This document shows positions 37,146-46,332 of a DNA stretch of 64,000 nucleotides, in pieces (within the stretch, counting starts at the first letter, position 1; each line of letters opens with the position of its first letter). The notes under the pieces were generated by a model. The model saw nothing but the letters and a program-made list of their open reading frames with translations. It made no database searches and had not been told where the DNA came from. The position numbers and the translations under genes are program-made. The stretch is from Phycisphaerae bacterium (GTDB lineage: Bacteria > Planctomycetota > Phycisphaerae > UBA1845 > Fen-1342): NCBI GenBank assembly GCA_963675745.2, contig CAXXWX010000016.1, forward strand, positions 32,001 to 96,000, given 5' to 3'.

Positions 37146-38772
37146 GCCCGTCCCGACGGCCGCTCGCGGCGCTGATCGCGCGAACGCCGTTGCCGCGCCC
37201 GCTTGCCTGATCCCTGTCTGGGGGGCGCTGTTGCTGGGAGCGGGGCTGCGCATCGCCGGCCTGGGGCACAAGCCGCTGTGGGAGGATGAGGGCTGGACGT
37301 ACTACGTCACCACGTCGCCGCAGCGGTTGCTCGCGCTTGTGGGCCTTGATCCGCACCCGCTGACGTTTTACTGGCTGGCGCGCTGCACCGGAGAGGCCTT
37401 TACCGCGAGCACCTGGCTGTTCCGCACTCCCGCCGCTGCGTTCTCCATCCTCGGGCTGGTCGGCTGGGCGGGCGCGGTGGCCATGTTGCGCCTGGAGAAA
37501 CAGGTGCAGCGCTGGTGCGTGCTGCTGTTTGCGGTGATCCCGCTGAACGTGTGCTACGCACAGGAAGCCCGAGCATACTCACTGATTCAGGCACTGGGAA
37601 TCGGTTGCCTGCTGGCGTATGCCTGGGCGCGGCGTCGCAGCGGTTGGGGGCCCATTGGAGTGCTGTTCATCGCGGCCGCCGCCTCTTGTCACCTTGACGG
37701 ATTCGGCCTCGCGATCCCGTGCGGTCTGCTCGTGCATGCCGCGTGGGAGGCACGGCGCAGTCGCAAGGCGCGACGACTGCTCTGGGGACTGGTGGCCGGA
37801 GCATCGACGGCGATCCCCTACTACATCTTCCGAGTGACGTACCTGCTTCAGGCCGGTGAAGTACACAGCCTGCCAGCGCTCACCGAGTCGCCGCCGCTTC
37901 TGCTCATCGAGCGTCTGGTGGCCGTTAGTCCGTTCGGCGTCACGCAGGCGAGCCTGGACCGCACTGGACATGCGGCGCTGATCCTCGTGTCGCTCGGCGT
38001 TCTGACTCTCGGGCTGTTGGTGGTCGGACTTGTTGGCCGCACGACGTGGTATCCGCGCCGGGCCCGCACGATCCTGGCACTTTGCCTGCTTCCACAATTG
38101 GCTCTGCTTTTGGCGTCGGCGATCGTCACCGACCAGGACACGCTGGAAAAGCGCTACTTTGTTCCGCTGGTCCCGGGTTTTGTCGGGCTTTTTGTGCTTG
38201 GCTACCTGCGTGTCGCTCGGCTTGTGCCGCTGTCCGCGTATGTCTTGCTATTGGTGGCGCCGCTGACCGTTAGCGCGCTGTGGCTTTCGAAGCCGACCGC
38301 ACGGTCGAGCTCGGATTGGCGTGGTCTGTACCAGGCCGTCGCGCCGGAGCTTCAGCCGGGCGATGGCCTGCTAAACGAGCGATTCGCGAACTATCCGTTT
38401 CATGCCAGCAGCCCGCTGCGGGCTTACGCGCGCATGGAAAATCGCGCGATCCCGTCCGCACAGTGGCACGAATATGTTCTGCTGGCCCAGCAGCGGCGGC
38501 GCGGCGCCAGCGCGTCAGCCGATGACGCACATTTTGACCGGCTGCAACAGCGTGACCTGCTGAAGTTCCTCAGCGCGATTCCGTCCGGTCGCGTCTGGGC
38601 CTTGTCGAGCGAGCTCACGCTCGATCGCACGCTGGACCTTGAACCCTACGCTGAACGCCTCCAGACGCAGTGCGCGCCTGGATTGACGGCCGCGCTCTGG
38701 CATGTTCGTCCCGCTATCGTGTCCGAGCGATTGGCGTATTTGGAGCAACTTGAACCCCCCGCGGGTGATTGA
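37123..38772 (+). CDS. GT-C fold (GT39/PMT_2-like) membrane glycosyltransferase
   Basis: LRIAGLGHKPLWEDE, HPLTFYWL, YAQEARAYSL, DWR. Confidence 0.82.
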   Translation: MAHPPTSEPVPTAARGADRANAVAAPACLIPVWGALLLGAGLRIAGLGHKPLWEDEGWTYYVTTSPQRLLALVGLDPHPLTFYWLARCTGEAFTASTWLFRTPAAAFSILGLVGWAGAVAMLRLEKQVQRWCVLLFAVIPLNVCYAQEARAYSLIQALGIGCLLAYAWARRRSGWGPIGVLFIAAAASCHLDGFGLAIPCGLLVHAAWEARRSRKARRLLWGLVAGASTAIPYYIFRVTYLLQAGEVHSLPALTESPPLLLIERLVAVSPFGVTQASLDRTGHAALILVSLGVLTLGLLVVGLVGRTTWYPRRARTILALCLLPQLALLLASAIVTDQDTLEKRYFVPLVPGFVGLFVLGYLRVARLVPLSAYVLLLVAPLTVSALWLSKPTARSSSDWRGLYQAVAPELQPGDGLLNERFANYPFHASSPLRAYARMENRAIPSAQWHEYVLLAQQRRRGASASADDAHFDRLQQRDLLKFLSAIPSGRVWALSSELTLDRTLDLEPYAERLQTQCAPGLTAALWHVRPAIVSERLAYLEQLEPPAGD

Positions 38773-40243
38773 ACAGTCGCCGCCACCCGCCGCCGCCGCG
38801 ATCGCAGCGGCGTCCAATGCGAATCGTTGCCGGCGAACCGTGTGGGAGACGCGCTTGCACGCTGTCAGCCCTGATCTTGAAGCCGCCGCACCCGCGCCGA
38901 AGAAGCGCGCGCCGACTCTGCGGCGTTCTGGCCGCGCCCGCCGTCGGCGCGACCTGGCCGTGTTGGTGATGTTGACGCTGATAACGCGTGGCGTGCTGTG
39001 GTTCACGGTGAGCTGCTATGCGTGGCCGGTCGCCGGTTCGCACGCCGACGATTTCTGGACCAGCACGGACGGGTACATTGCCTTGGCGCAAACGCTCGTG
39101 GAGACCGGGCGTTTCGCGTTTGCGCCGGATGTTCCGCCCACGGTACACCGCGGTCCGGCCTTTCCCGTCGCAATAGCGCTGGCGTCATACGTGACCAACT
39201 CGTTTGGCGATGCGGTCATGCTTGTGAACCTGCTCGCGAGCTGTGTGATTACAGTGGTGATGTACGTGTTGGCGGCGCGGGTCTATCGTCCGCGCGCCAG
39301 TTTCTGGATCGCCCTGGCCGGTTCGTGTTATCCGTTGCTGGTGTATTACGCGCTCTGCAGTTGGAGCGACGTCTTCCTGGCGGCCTGTTTCGGCCTGTAT
39401 ACCTGGACAACGCTGCGCGTGCTGGAGTCACGGCGCTCGCGCGACGCGGCGATCAGCGCCGTCGCCCTGGCGCTTACCCTCCTGGCCAAGTCGGTCTTCA
39501 CTCCATTGCCGGTCGCGATATTGCTGGTGGCGGCGGCCGTGCGGCGTTCGTGGTTGCGGCTGCTGACCATCCAGGTCGTGCTCGCGGTCGTGATAGTCGC
39601 ACCGTGGGCAATCAGAAACTCGCTGCTGCTCGGCAAACCCACCATGATCACGTCCGGGTCGGGTTTCAACATGCTGGTCGGGCACTACATGGTAAACCAC
39701 TCCGGCAACTGCAACGCTGTGTTCCGCGCCGGGCGCGCCGACGCCATCGCCTGCGTCGAACGGCAAAAGGGCCTTGAGGTCAACTTCGACGATCTGCGCA
39801 CAGCCGGATTCTACGACGTAGACCCGGCGGTCGATGACGCAATGCTGTCGATTGCGCTGGAGCAGGTCTTCACGCGACCGCTGCACTTTGTGCGCAAGAT
39901 CACAGTCAATCTGGGGCGCTTCTGGTACTTCGCGTCGTCGCAGCGCCGCTCGTACGCTGTTCTGGCCATCAACTTTCCACTGGTCATACTGGCCGCGTGG
40001 GAGCTATGGCGTAACCGGCGCGCCCACAAACGCACCGCGGCCTGGGTCGCGTTCGTGGTCGCTTGTGTATGGCTGACCTATGCGGCGGTCATCGTACACT
40101 CGCGCTTCTATCTGCCAGTCATGCCGTTGCTGTTGCCGTTTGCCATGGCGCGGTTGGGCGCGATAACCGGAATCCTGTCAGTCTCGCGCCTACGAGTACG
40201 GCCACACTCCACAGCCCCGCCACACGACGCCGAAGTGGCCTGA
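38765..40243 (+). CDS. GT-C fold glycosyltransferase, paralog of 35877-37145
   Basis: DGYIALAQ, HRGPAFP, WAIRN, GFNMLVGHYMV; start uncertain (38702-38970). Confidence 0.78.
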   Translation: MIEQSPPPAAAAIAAASNANRCRRTVWETRLHAVSPDLEAAAPAPKKRAPTLRRSGRARRRRDLAVLVMLTLITRGVLWFTVSCYAWPVAGSHADDFWTSTDGYIALAQTLVETGRFAFAPDVPPTVHRGPAFPVAIALASYVTNSFGDAVMLVNLLASCVITVVMYVLAARVYRPRASFWIALAGSCYPLLVYYALCSWSDVFLAACFGLYTWTTLRVLESRRSRDAAISAVALALTLLAKSVFTPLPVAILLVAAAVRRSWLRLLTIQVVLAVVIVAPWAIRNSLLLGKPTMITSGSGFNMLVGHYMVNHSGNCNAVFRAGRADAIACVERQKGLEVNFDDLRTAGFYDVDPAVDDAMLSIALEQVFTRPLHFVRKITVNLGRFWYFASSQRRSYAVLAINFPLVILAAWELWRNRRAHKRTAAWVAFVVACVWLTYAAVIVHSRFYLPVMPLLLPFAMARLGAITGILSVSRLRVRPHSTAPPHDAEVA

Positions 40244-40391
40244 CCCCCTTCCAGTGCACAACCAGTGCGTGTCGGCGCGCCGCCGCCGCGCCACACGCGG
40301 GTTTTGGAGCGCCGATTTGGGGTGAAGGCGGATTCCCGCTATAATCCTCCCAAGCAGGGCTGCCTCGAGGGAGAAGAGGAAAGTTGCGCCC

Positions 40392-43139
40392 ATGGTTTAC
40401 AAGTGTGTGTGTGCGTTGTTGTTGTTTGGTTTTTGCGGTACGGCGGTTCCTGCTCAACAGAAGCGCGTGTACATCGCCTGCGATGATCACACCGACTACT
40501 TCTGGTCGGGTGACGAGGAGGACTATCGCCAGGCCTTTCTTGACACGCTCGATTACTACCTCGATCTCGCCGATCAAACCGCGACCAATCCTCCCGAATA
40601 CCAGAGCCGCTGGAACTGTGACGGCAGCTTCTGGCTGTGGACGTACGAACAGAACCGCACGCCGGCACAATTCGACCGCTTGATGGACCGGCTGCGCGAT
40701 GGGCACATCAGCGCGCCGCTGAATGCCCTGTGCGTGTGCCTGGGCGGGACGCCGGCCGAAGCCGTCCTGCGGGGCATGTACTACCCGGGGCAGCTCGAGC
40801 GGCGTTATGGCCTGCGCTTTCGCATGGCGTACATGATCGAGAACCAGACGCTCCCGCACGGCCTGATCTCGCTGTGGGCCGGCTCGGGCGCGGAGTTCAG
40901 TTGGAAGGGTATCTGCGGCTGCGATTCGCGGGTTCCTGACGCGTGGGACCGCGAGCACGAAATCTATCGCGCGCTTGGCCCCGACGGGATGGAGTTGCTG
41001 ATGAAGTGGAACTCCATGCTGGCGGGCAACCAGAACATGGGCGGTTACGCCGAGGCGCGCAATCCCGCGACAACGATCGATTTCGTAACAACCGGCGCGG
41101 ACACGAACGGCTTCGCCGCGCGTTACCCCTATGACGTGATTGGCTGCTTCGGCAAGGGTTGGGATGACCTGGCAACCATGACTGACCAGTTCGTCACCAT
41201 GGCCGCCGAAATGTCCGACGCGACCCGGCAGGTGATTGTCTCGAACGAGAGCGATTTCTTCGACGACTTTCGGGAGACCTATTCCGTCAGCGGCCTGCCA
41301 ACCCAGTCGGCGACGTTCGGCAACGAATGGGAGTTGTACTGTGCCACGCTGGCCGAAATCTCGGCGCGCGTAAAACGCGCCGTCGAGAAACTGCGCGCGG
41401 CCGAGGCGCTGGCCACCGTCGCGACATTGTCAGAACCGGCATTCATGACGGGACGCGAGACGGCGCGCGACCAGGCGTTCATGGATCTCGGTCTCTTCTG
41501 GGAGCATGACTTCGGCATGGCCGGCTTCTCCAGCAGTCATCCCTGGACAATCGCGCGCATCGCCTGGCAGCGGCGCCTCGCGGACGAGATTGACGCCTAC
41601 GTGGATACGCTGCACGCCGACGCGTGTACCGCACTGGCACGGCAGATCCGCGCGAGCGGCCCCAACCCGCGGTTCTGCGTGTTCAATCCACTGGGCTGGA
41701 TACGCAGCGACCACGCCGACCTGCCCTGGGCCGCCACCGATCCGGTGCATGTGCTGGAGGTCGCATCCGGCGAACAGGTGCCCCACGAGTTCGTCACAAT
41801 CGACGGCCAGCAGTATCTGCGCATCGCGGCCGGCGACGTGCCATCGGTCGGGTACAAGGTCTACGAGGTCGTGCCGGGGGCCGGAAGAACCTTCACCCCC
41901 GCCGCCAAGATAATGGAGCAGATGGTTGAGACGGACCGCTATCGTGTCACATTCACGGAGCGCGGCGCCGTCACCAGCATCATTGACAGGACGATGGGCG
42001 ATCGCGAATTCGTCCGCACGATAGACGGCCGCGCGGTCAATGACCTTGGTTCGTCGAGTGGTGTCGTGACGGTCGAGCACTCCGGGCCGGTCTCGGTGAC
42101 GCTGCGCGCCGATGCAACCGCCCCGCTGCAACATACGACGCGGCTGACCCTGTATAACGACTCCGACAGAATAGAGCTGCAAAACGAGATCACGCAGAAC
42201 TTCGACGACACGTATACCTGGGGGTTCGGATTCGACCTCGACAATCCCGTCTTCCGGCACGAAGAGGTTGGCGCCATTCTCACCGCGGCGCTCACGGACA
42301 GCGGCGGGGATTACGCCACGCGCAACGCGCGCTATGACTGGTTGACGCTGAACCACTTTGGTGACATGACCGGCGGCGACGGCGTCGGTGTCACGCTTTC
42401 GAATGCTGATTGCTATTTCGCCAGGCTGGGCAACAGCACCACGGCGTTGCTCGATGAAACCACGCCGGCACTGTCGGTGCTGGTCGGTGGGCGCGTGGCC
42501 AACGGGAGTAACGGTATCCGCTACCAAGGCGGCGACACCTACTTCCGGCAGCGCTTCGCGTTGCGCACGCACGCGGCCTATGACCAGGCCGGCGCGATGC
42601 GCTTTGCGCTGGAGCACCAGAACCCGCTGGTCTGCATTCTCCTGAACGGCGCTGATTCACAATTGCCCGCGGACGAGTTCTCGCTCTTGTCGGTGGCATC
42701 CACGGACGTCCTTCTTTGGGCCCTCAAGCCGGCGGAGGAAGATGACGGCGGAACGATCCTCCGTTTGTGGAACACGTCAAACGCCCCGACCACGGCCGAC
42801 ACCGTGGCCTCCGGTGTGCGCATTAACGCCGCCAGCGCCACGACGCACATTGAGACCGACATAGAGACGCTGCCGTTCTCGCAATTCAGTGTATCAAGCG
42901 ACTTTGCCCGCCAGCAGTTTCAGACCTTGCGCTTGACACTGGCAAAGCCGGGCGATGTAAACTGTGACGGTTACGTCAACGGCGCCGACATCGATCCGTT
43001 TGTCATGGCCATCACCGATACCGCCGCTTACGACCAGGCGTATCCTGACTGCTACATTACGCTGGCGGATGTCAACGGCGACGGCAACGTCAACAGTGGC
43101 GACATCGACGGGTTTGTGATGCTGTTGAGCGCCTGGTGA
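40392..43139 (+). CDS. secreted GH38-like glycoside hydrolase with C-terminal dockerin-like module
   Basis: Signal peptide, DDHTDYFW, VFNPLGW.R, VPSVGYKVY, LKPAEE..GTILRLWN; ends GDVNCDG..N.ADIDPFV...ADVNGDG.VN..DIDGFV. Confidence 0.85.
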   Translation: MVYKCVCALLLFGFCGTAVPAQQKRVYIACDDHTDYFWSGDEEDYRQAFLDTLDYYLDLADQTATNPPEYQSRWNCDGSFWLWTYEQNRTPAQFDRLMDRLRDGHISAPLNALCVCLGGTPAEAVLRGMYYPGQLERRYGLRFRMAYMIENQTLPHGLISLWAGSGAEFSWKGICGCDSRVPDAWDREHEIYRALGPDGMELLMKWNSMLAGNQNMGGYAEARNPATTIDFVTTGADTNGFAARYPYDVIGCFGKGWDDLATMTDQFVTMAAEMSDATRQVIVSNESDFFDDFRETYSVSGLPTQSATFGNEWELYCATLAEISARVKRAVEKLRAAEALATVATLSEPAFMTGRETARDQAFMDLGLFWEHDFGMAGFSSSHPWTIARIAWQRRLADEIDAYVDTLHADACTALARQIRASGPNPRFCVFNPLGWIRSDHADLPWAATDPVHVLEVASGEQVPHEFVTIDGQQYLRIAAGDVPSVGYKVYEVVPGAGRTFTPAAKIMEQMVETDRYRVTFTERGAVTSIIDRTMGDREFVRTIDGRAVNDLGSSSGVVTVEHSGPVSVTLRADATAPLQHTTRLTLYNDSDRIELQNEITQNFDDTYTWGFGFDLDNPVFRHEEVGAILTAALTDSGGDYATRNARYDWLTLNHFGDMTGGDGVGVTLSNADCYFARLGNSTTALLDETTPALSVLVGGRVANGSNGIRYQGGDTYFRQRFALRTHAAYDQAGAMRFALEHQNPLVCILLNGADSQLPADEFSLLSVASTDVLLWALKPAEEDDGGTILRLWNTSNAPTTADTVASGVRINAASATTHIETDIETLPFSQFSVSSDFARQQFQTLRLTLAKPGDVNCDGYVNGADIDPFVMAITDTAAYDQAYPDCYITLADVNGDGNVNSGDIDGFVMLLSAW

Positions 43140-43165
43140 CGCGCAACGTTGCGGGAGGTTTCTGC

Positions 43166-44191
43166 ATGCCGGGTTTGAGCCGTTTTCGCGTAGCCGCCGC
43201 GGTTCTGGCGGCGACAGTCTGGTTAGTCGCCGACCTGCACGCCGCGCCCCCCACCTCGCAACCCGGTCTGCTGGCGGGTTTCGACCTCAGCCAGCACTTC
43301 GATGAGCAGATACGCACGTACACGTTCGAACCGGATGTGACCGTACACATCAATGCGCCGTCCCCGAAGCGGTTTGATCCGGACAAGCCCACCAGGCTCA
43401 TCCTGTATGCCCTGCCAAACGGCAATACGATCGCGCAGACCATCGGCCGACAGCGCGGCGAGGGGGTCGATTGGCACTTCTACATCCAGCACATCGGCGC
43501 GCAGACACGGCAGCTACGTGAAGTGATCACGGACGAGAACCTGGTGGTCGCCTATCTCGAAGCCGGCGGACGAAGTTGGCCGCACTGGCGCAAGAAGCAC
43601 GAAAACTCGGGCGCCCTGATCGCCAAACTGATCGACTCGGTCAAAGCGCAGTTCTCGGGGAAAGTCACCGTAGACCTGGCCGGCCACAGCGGCGGCGGCA
43701 GCCTTATCTTCGGCTATGTGCAGCACGTCGGCGACATCCCCGACTGGATCGGACGAATCGTCGCGTTGGATGCCAATTACGCCTACAGCGATGAGCGGCA
43801 ACACGGTGACAAGCTGATTAGCTGGCTGCGGCGCTCCACCGACCATTACCTGTGCGTGGTCGCCTACGACGACCGCCGCATTCGCATCAACGGTAAGCTG
43901 GTCGTCAGCCCGACGGGAGGCACCTATCGCGCAACCCAGCGCATGCTCGACAGGTTTCGCCGTGATCTCAGCCTTGACGAATCCAAAACGGCCGCTTTCA
44001 CGCGTTACCGAGCGCTGGACGGACGCGTTGACTTCATCCTGGTCGACAACCCCGACGACAAGATCCTGCACACTGTTCTGGTCGAGAAGAACGGCTACAT
44101 TCACGGCCTCACGTCCGCAACGCCATTCGAAGGGCGCGCGGGGACGTTCTGGGGCCCTGTCACGTATACAAAGTGGATTCAGCCGGATTGA
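43166..44191 (+). CDS. secreted alpha/beta-hydrolase-like protein
   Basis: GGAGGT RBS, signal peptide, LAGHSGGG nucleophile elbow. Confidence 0.75.
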   Translation: MPGLSRFRVAAAVLAATVWLVADLHAAPPTSQPGLLAGFDLSQHFDEQIRTYTFEPDVTVHINAPSPKRFDPDKPTRLILYALPNGNTIAQTIGRQRGEGVDWHFYIQHIGAQTRQLREVITDENLVVAYLEAGGRSWPHWRKKHENSGALIAKLIDSVKAQFSGKVTVDLAGHSGGGSLIFGYVQHVGDIPDWIGRIVALDANYAYSDERQHGDKLISWLRRSTDHYLCVVAYDDRRIRINGKLVVSPTGGTYRATQRMLDRFRRDLSLDESKTAAFTRYRALDGRVDFILVDNPDDKILHTVLVEKNGYIHGLTSATPFEGRAGTFWGPVTYTKWIQPD

Positions 44192-44203
44192 CCGCCGGCC
44201 GCG

Positions 44204-46105
44204 TCAATAGCTGGGGTTCGTGACAATCCCCTCATCACTCAGCAGCACGTGGAGGTCCGGGTCGGCCAGCACGTCGGCCACGCTCGTCTCCACGCCGTCA
44301 ATCAACATCCGCTGACTGACAAGCCGAATCCCGTGGCTATAGTCGGCGTACCAGTCGACGTGGCCGAGGTACAACGGCTGGATCGGCACGCCACTGAGCT
44401 GGTGCCAGCCGTAGATGGCGACGTGACCGGGGTTGCTGGCAAGCAGCGGCGTCACGACGACATCCTTCTTGATGCCACCGACGAGTTGCCCAAGCGGATA
44501 ACCCGTGCGCTGCCCTTCGATAATCTCATGGTGTCGATAGAACGTCGTCACCAGTGTGATGTCGACGGTGGCCGGGCTGATCGGCCGCGGCGCGAGCTTC
44601 ACCGCCGACTGGGCGTACACGGCGTCAACGATCTTTCGCGTGGGCAGCAGGCACTCAAACGCATCAGCGATCGGCTGGGCGATCAGCGGGGTCATCGGGA
44701 TGCGGGCGAAGTCGCTGTCCTTGCCGATGCACAGATAGTCGGGCATGACGTAGATCGTCGCCGCAACAGGCACGCCATCAACATCGCCGCTCATGTCGAT
44801 CGGTACGAAAGTGCGGAGAAAGCCCGGGATGTTCCCGCCGACGATTTCCTCCTGAATCCGCTCCTCGCGCTGCGTCAACGCCAGCGCGGCGACCTCGGCC
44901 ATGACCTGACTGCCGGTCGGAGCATCCTGCGCGCGCGGCGGAATCGGCCCGACAGTCGCGGCCGTCTGGAAAACGGACCAATCGTACAGGTCCAGCGCCC
45001 CATCGCCATCATCGTCAAAAGTGGTCAGCCACGCGGCCACGCACTCCGGGGCCATGGAATGCGGTACGGTTGCGGGACCGTCCAGGCCAAGCAGCGATGA
45101 CTCGAAGTCGGCTACGTCCACGTCTCCGTCTAGATCGAAATCGCCGGCAACGCCCGTTTCGCACTCGTCGAGCGTCCCGTTGCCGTTGCAGTCCAGGCTC
45201 GCGCCACCGCTCAGGTCCAGGTCATCCGGCACGCCGTTGCCGTTGCAGTCCGGGGCCTCCACGCGCACGTTGTCGAATATGACAAAGTTGTCCACGGCCG
45301 GGTCCGCGAGCGATGCGAATGTGTCCATGTAGCCGAGCATGATGTTGCCGGCGCTGAGCGAATTATCCAGCCGAAACGCAACGAGCATTCCGTTAAGGCG
45401 CCATTCGATTACGCCGGCGCGCTGGCTGACTTCGACCTCGACCCATTGCTTGCCCGGGGCGCCTTGCGTCTCGAATGGCGGGTTGGGGAAGAGAGTCTGA
45501 TAGAAGTCGGCCGTGTGGTTACGACTGGCGGCGGCGTAACCACCGGCGGTGGTGGACAGCAACGTCGCGTCGCGATACGCGCGGTAGTCATCCGAATCGC
45601 CGCCCTCGCCGCTCATGGCGAACCAGAATCCGTCACTGTTCGGATTGCCCGCCCAACTGACTTGCGAACCGCTGTGGTTGATGCCAAAAGTGGCGAACTC
45701 AGTGGAGCCGGTGCCCCCACCCGCCCCGCCGTTGTAGTTCAGCCACACGTCGAACTTCAGTGTGCGTGTCGCCGATAACTCGAGGCCGACGGGAAACGCG
45801 CTGACCGCGTCGGTGGCGGGATTGCCATCGTTGTTGTTCACTGTCAGGTGCAGGCCCACGGTCGTGCCACCGGACGAGTTGGGCGCCGGCGGGATGCCGC
45901 GCGTGCTGTAGTCGTAGGCAAAATCTGCCGAAAAATCACCTGCGTGGCTCAAGACCGACCAGTTGGCGGCGGACCCACCGGCATCAAAGTCGTCTGAAAA
46001 CACGATGGCCTGGCCTCGCGCGGGGGCGCAGGCTGACAGTGACGTAGCCAGCATGCACACCAGTGCGGGCACGAGGCGCGTCCTCAAAGCAGATGGAGAT
46101 TCCAT
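44204..46105 (-). CDS. secreted multidomain protein: LamG-like domain, DCNGNG repeats, internal dockerin-like module, uncharacterised C-terminal domain
   Basis: FSDDFD...FVIFDNVRV; DCNGNGVPDD; GDFDLDGDVD; C-terminal PDYLCIG, LPTRKIVD, KKDVV, IYGWH, DYSHGIRLV. Confidence 0.78.
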   Translation of the reverse strand: MESPSALRTRLVPALVCMLATSLSACAPARGQAIVFSDDFDAGGSAANWSVLSHAGDFSADFAYDYSTRGIPPAPNSSGGTTVGLHLTVNNNDGNPATDAVSAFPVGLELSATRTLKFDVWLNYNGGAGGGTGSTEFATFGINHSGSQVSWAGNPNSDGFWFAMSGEGGDSDDYRAYRDATLLSTTAGGYAAASRNHTADFYQTLFPNPPFETQGAPGKQWVEVEVSQRAGVIEWRLNGMLVAFRLDNSLSAGNIMLGYMDTFASLADPAVDNFVIFDNVRVEAPDCNGNGVPDDLDLSGGASLDCNGNGTLDECETGVAGDFDLDGDVDVADFESSLLGLDGPATVPHSMAPECVAAWLTTFDDDGDGALDLYDWSVFQTAATVGPIPPRAQDAPTGSQVMAEVAALALTQREERIQEEIVGGNIPGFLRTFVPIDMSGDVDGVPVAATIYVMPDYLCIGKDSDFARIPMTPLIAQPIADAFECLLPTRKIVDAVYAQSAVKLAPRPISPATVDITLVTTFYRHHEIIEGQRTGYPLGQLVGGIKKDVVVTPLLASNPGHVAIYGWHQLSGVPIQPLYLGHVDWYADYSHGIRLVSQRMLIDGVETSVADVLADPDLHVLLSDEGIVTNPSY

Positions 46106-46332
46106 TGTGCTTAAACGCTCCTGAAAGAGGGGGGACAGCACTTCCAGTGTCGCACTTTTCACAACTCATAGCAAGCCGCGCGCAGCTCCCCGGCGCTAAG
46201 AGCGTCAGCCCGATAAACGTTGCCTTTGGCCGGATGTGCATCACCTGCTATGATGTAGTCAAGCGCGTCGATGCCGTGTGCCGGCGGCCGACCGCGCTGG
46301 CCCTACCTCATTTGTTTCATGGAGTCCGCAGC

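Noticed and set aside
23427..40243. Genomic island integrated at selC
   Set aside because: No integrase seen, and no duplicated tRNA 3' end noticed in the window.
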